From NCBI GenBank assembly GCA_002269645.1, contig NIVC01002735.1, positions 80,679 through 144,678 on the forward strand: 64,000 nt of DNA, in the 5' to 3' direction. Positions 61,280 through 64,000 of this stretch are shown in pieces. The stretch's first letter is position 1. The number at the start of each line of letters is the position of its first letter. This DNA comes from Macrostomum lignano. Lineage: Eukaryota. The notes below the pieces were generated by a model. The model did no database searches, was not told where the DNA came from, and saw only the letters and a program-made list of their open reading frames with translations. Made by a program: the position numbers and the translations under genes.

Positions 61280-63046
61280 ATGCAAAGAAGTGTCTCTGAA
61301 GACATATTGTTGAATAAAAAACCCATTAGACAGTTTCCTTGTAAAGTTGTTGCATTCAGCTCTCAATATGGTTCAGAAGATGGCTCATACTCAGTCAGAC
61401 AACTGGTTGGAACTGGCCCATCTGTCTATCCTCGCTATGGAGACTTCTGCGAAGCATGTGTTCTTGTAAGTTTAGTTTAAAAGATTTGCTACTTGCTTTG
61501 CTTGCTTGCTGATCTCAGTTTTTTATCTTTTTCCTAGCATTTGTACTTCTAATACCTAGAAATTGTTAAATATTTGTCTCTTTTTGTTGGCCAAAACATT
61601 TCATGCTTAACAATAAAATCACTCAATGCATACATCATTTGTGCACAGATAATATATACAAATCTATACACATGACTATGACAATGACACTAAGATTAAA
61701 AAGTAGTATAAAAATAATTTTTAATTAATGTTTCTTTCAATGAAGTAAAATTTAAATTCAACTTTAAAACCATTAACTTCTTAAAAAATATGCTAAGTTC
61801 TATATGTATACAAGCATATATAGCTATTAAAATATATTGGCAACTAATAAAAAGTGAAACTAGTTTATGTGAAACCCAAATGGCAAATAAAAAAACAAAA
61901 AATATATGTGCATCAGGCTGTAAGGATTTAAAGTAAATAAAAGAAAAGGAAAAGAGATAGGCGGTGGTTCTTATTTTATTTAATCAAAAGTAAGAAGTAT
62001 GGAGAAGAAGTAAGGAAGTAAAGATTATCTGTTGTGGGCACCATATATTTATAGCCATCAGGAGCATCACCGGAAACATCAGAAAATTCTAAGCATTATA
62101 ACGAAACAAAAATTAATTATTGATTCCTATTAGATTTGCATTAATTGTAGTACTGCTTTACTGTAATAAATTATAAATTGAATAGTTATAATTGCGAGTA
62201 TTGAAATTAGTTACTGTGAGAGAAATTTCGAGAATTTAATTTGTACTCTACGGGGAAATTTCTAGAAATTAAATAATTCAAATGCATCGAACTTTCGCGA
62301 AGGTCACTACAAGGCCTTTGATTTGCATGGCTATTAAATTTAGCATATTAGGTACTGTTTACAATGTTTTTTATTTATTCAGATAAGCGCTTTAGCACTG
62401 ATGGATTTCCAAGTTTTGTATGTCTTCTGTCTAAAATATAAATTAAATTTGTTTAGAAATTTACAAGATAGATAAAAGTTCATCAAGCTCTTAAGTTTGG
62501 GTATTTTTGGTATAGTGCTTTTTGTACCTCATAGATGTATTTTACCATGCACTCCACCACCATGGCCGCACTGCAGCGCTACTATGGCCCATGGTGGTCG
62601 CAGGCACCATCAGCCGCACCCCAATCGGCACAAGGCCGGGCAGCCTCCCAGCCGGCTACTGCTCCGAGGACTTCGTCGAAGTCGAGTACAGCCAGCCAGT
62701 GCGGCTCCAGCGTATCCGCGTCTACGAGACCTTCGTGCCCGGCTGCCTGGTGGCCGTGTTCGCTCGCTCGCTAGCGCCGGAAGGTGCCGACGCTGAAGCC
62801 GACCTGTGGCACCGGTGTGGCGCCGGCCGGGCCCAGCAAAGAGCCGCACGCGTCCGAGTGTTCGAGCCGCCCACAGACAGCTGCTGGCCGCCCGTACCGC
62901 CCAACAGGCTGGTGAACCGGCTGCGGCTGGAGTTCAACTGCTGTCTGGCTGCGTACTACACGGAGATTGACACGGTTGAGCTCATCGGCACTGCGGGGAT
63001 TGACTCTGGCGATCAAGAGGCGGCTGTGCAACCGCTGGCTGAACAG
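61280..63046 (+). CDS. FBXL4: FBXL4-like gene, 5' part; exons 61280-61465 and 62577-63046 (1-bp deletion near 62620); continues beyond the window
   Basis: VVAFSSQYGSEDGSYS...PSVYPRYGDFCEACVL|RYYGPWW...SEDFVEVEY..IRVYETFVPG...NRLRLEFN..YYTEIDTVELIG matches the recalled FBXL4 N-terminal domain (VVDFSSHYGSE..GDFTQTAVFRTYGTWW..QDYVEL..LETYHPG..YYTELDAV). Phase-0 junctions. Confidence 0.85.
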
Positions 63047-63065
63047 GTGGGTCTTCTAATTGGTG

Positions 63066-64000
63066 TTGTCAGCTGAATCTAATTGGTGTCAGCTGAATCT
63101 AATTGGTGTGTCAGCTGAATCTAATTGGTGTATCAGCTGAATCTAAACTGATGTGTCAGCTGAATCTAATTGGTGTGTCAGCTGAATCTAATAGGTGTGT
63201 CAGCTGAATCTAATTGGTGTGTCAGCTGAATCTAATTGGTGTGTCAGCTGAATCTAATTGGTGTATCAGCTGAATCTAATAGGTGTGTCAGCTGAATATA
63301 ATTGGTGTGTCAGCTGAATCTAATTGTTGTGTCAGCTGAATCTAATTGGTGTGTCAGCTGAATCTAATTAGTGTGTCAGCTGAATCTAAACTGATGTGTC
63401 AGCTAAATCTAATTGGTGTGTCAGCTGAATCTAATTGGTGTGTCAGCTGAATCTAATTGGTGTGTCAGCTGAATCTAATTGGTGTGTCAGCTGAATCTAA
63501 TTGGTTTGTCAGCTGAATCTATTTGGTTTGTCAGCTGAATCTATTTGGTTTGTCAGCTGAATCTAATTGGTGTGTCAGCTGAATCTAAACTGATGTGTCA
63601 GCTAAATCTAATTGGTGTGTCAGCTGAATCTAATTGGTGTGTCAGCTGAATCTAATTGGTGTGTCAGCTGAATCTAATTGGTGTGTCAGCTGAATCTAAA
63701 CTGATGTGTCAGCTGAATCTAAACTGATGTGTCAGCTGAATCTAAACTGATGTGTCAGCTGAATCTAAACTGATGTGTCAGCTGAATCTAATTGGTGTGT
63801 CAGCTGAATCTAATTGGTGTGTCAGCTGAATCTAAACTGATGTGTCAGCTGAATCTAATTGGTGTGTCAGCTGAATCTAATTGGTGTGTCAGCTGAATCT
63901 AATTGGTGTGTCAGCTGAATCTAATTGGTTTGTCAGCTGATCTAATTGGTGTGTCAGCTTAATCTAATTGGTGTGTCAGCTTAATCTAATAGGTGTGTCA
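63066..64000. repeat. 22-bp minisatellite (GTGTCAGCTGAATCTAATTGGT)n in FBXL4 intron 2, runs off the right edge
   Basis: 22-nt period; 23-nt variant CTAAACTGAT. Confidence 0.97.

Noticed and set aside
34119-63046. SKP1 and FBXL4 as a functional SCF gene cluster
   Set aside because: They are about 27 kb apart with unrelated genes between; both families are common, so chance proximity suffices.

Overview
Eukaryotic (metazoan) genomic DNA: GC-rich spliced exons, AT-rich intergenic stretches and about 30 separate micro/minisatellite arrays. The style recalls a Macrostomum-like flatworm long-read assembly (inference, not proven). The left half (1-30745) is one giant inverted duplication: left arm 1-14700, right arm 18695-30745, a unique spacer 14701-17899 and a 795-N gap. 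Each arm carries exons 2-5 of a divergent Nuclear Factor I (NFI/CTF) gene, transcribed outward from the centre. The only visible first coding exon (16780-17112) lies in the spacer. All splice phases join into an 800-aa NFI. Both arms end in the same 20-bp satellite, oppositely oriented. The arms are almost identical across the NFI transcription unit and then diverge abruptly (about 3% in the stretch I compared) outside about 7960/25440. A real palindrome and two haplotigs joined across the gap cannot be told apart from this window alone. The right half holds an orphan single-TM ORF, an intronless SKP1-like gene, a fibrinogen-domain exon, a decayed Ty3/Gypsy integrase, a tRNA-derived SINE, a hAT MITE, a TBC1D16-like gene apparently lacking both catalytic fingers, CEP95 and the 5' part of FBXL4. 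No CRISPR arrays or rRNA genes were seen. Family calls rest on motifs recalled from memory, not on database searches.
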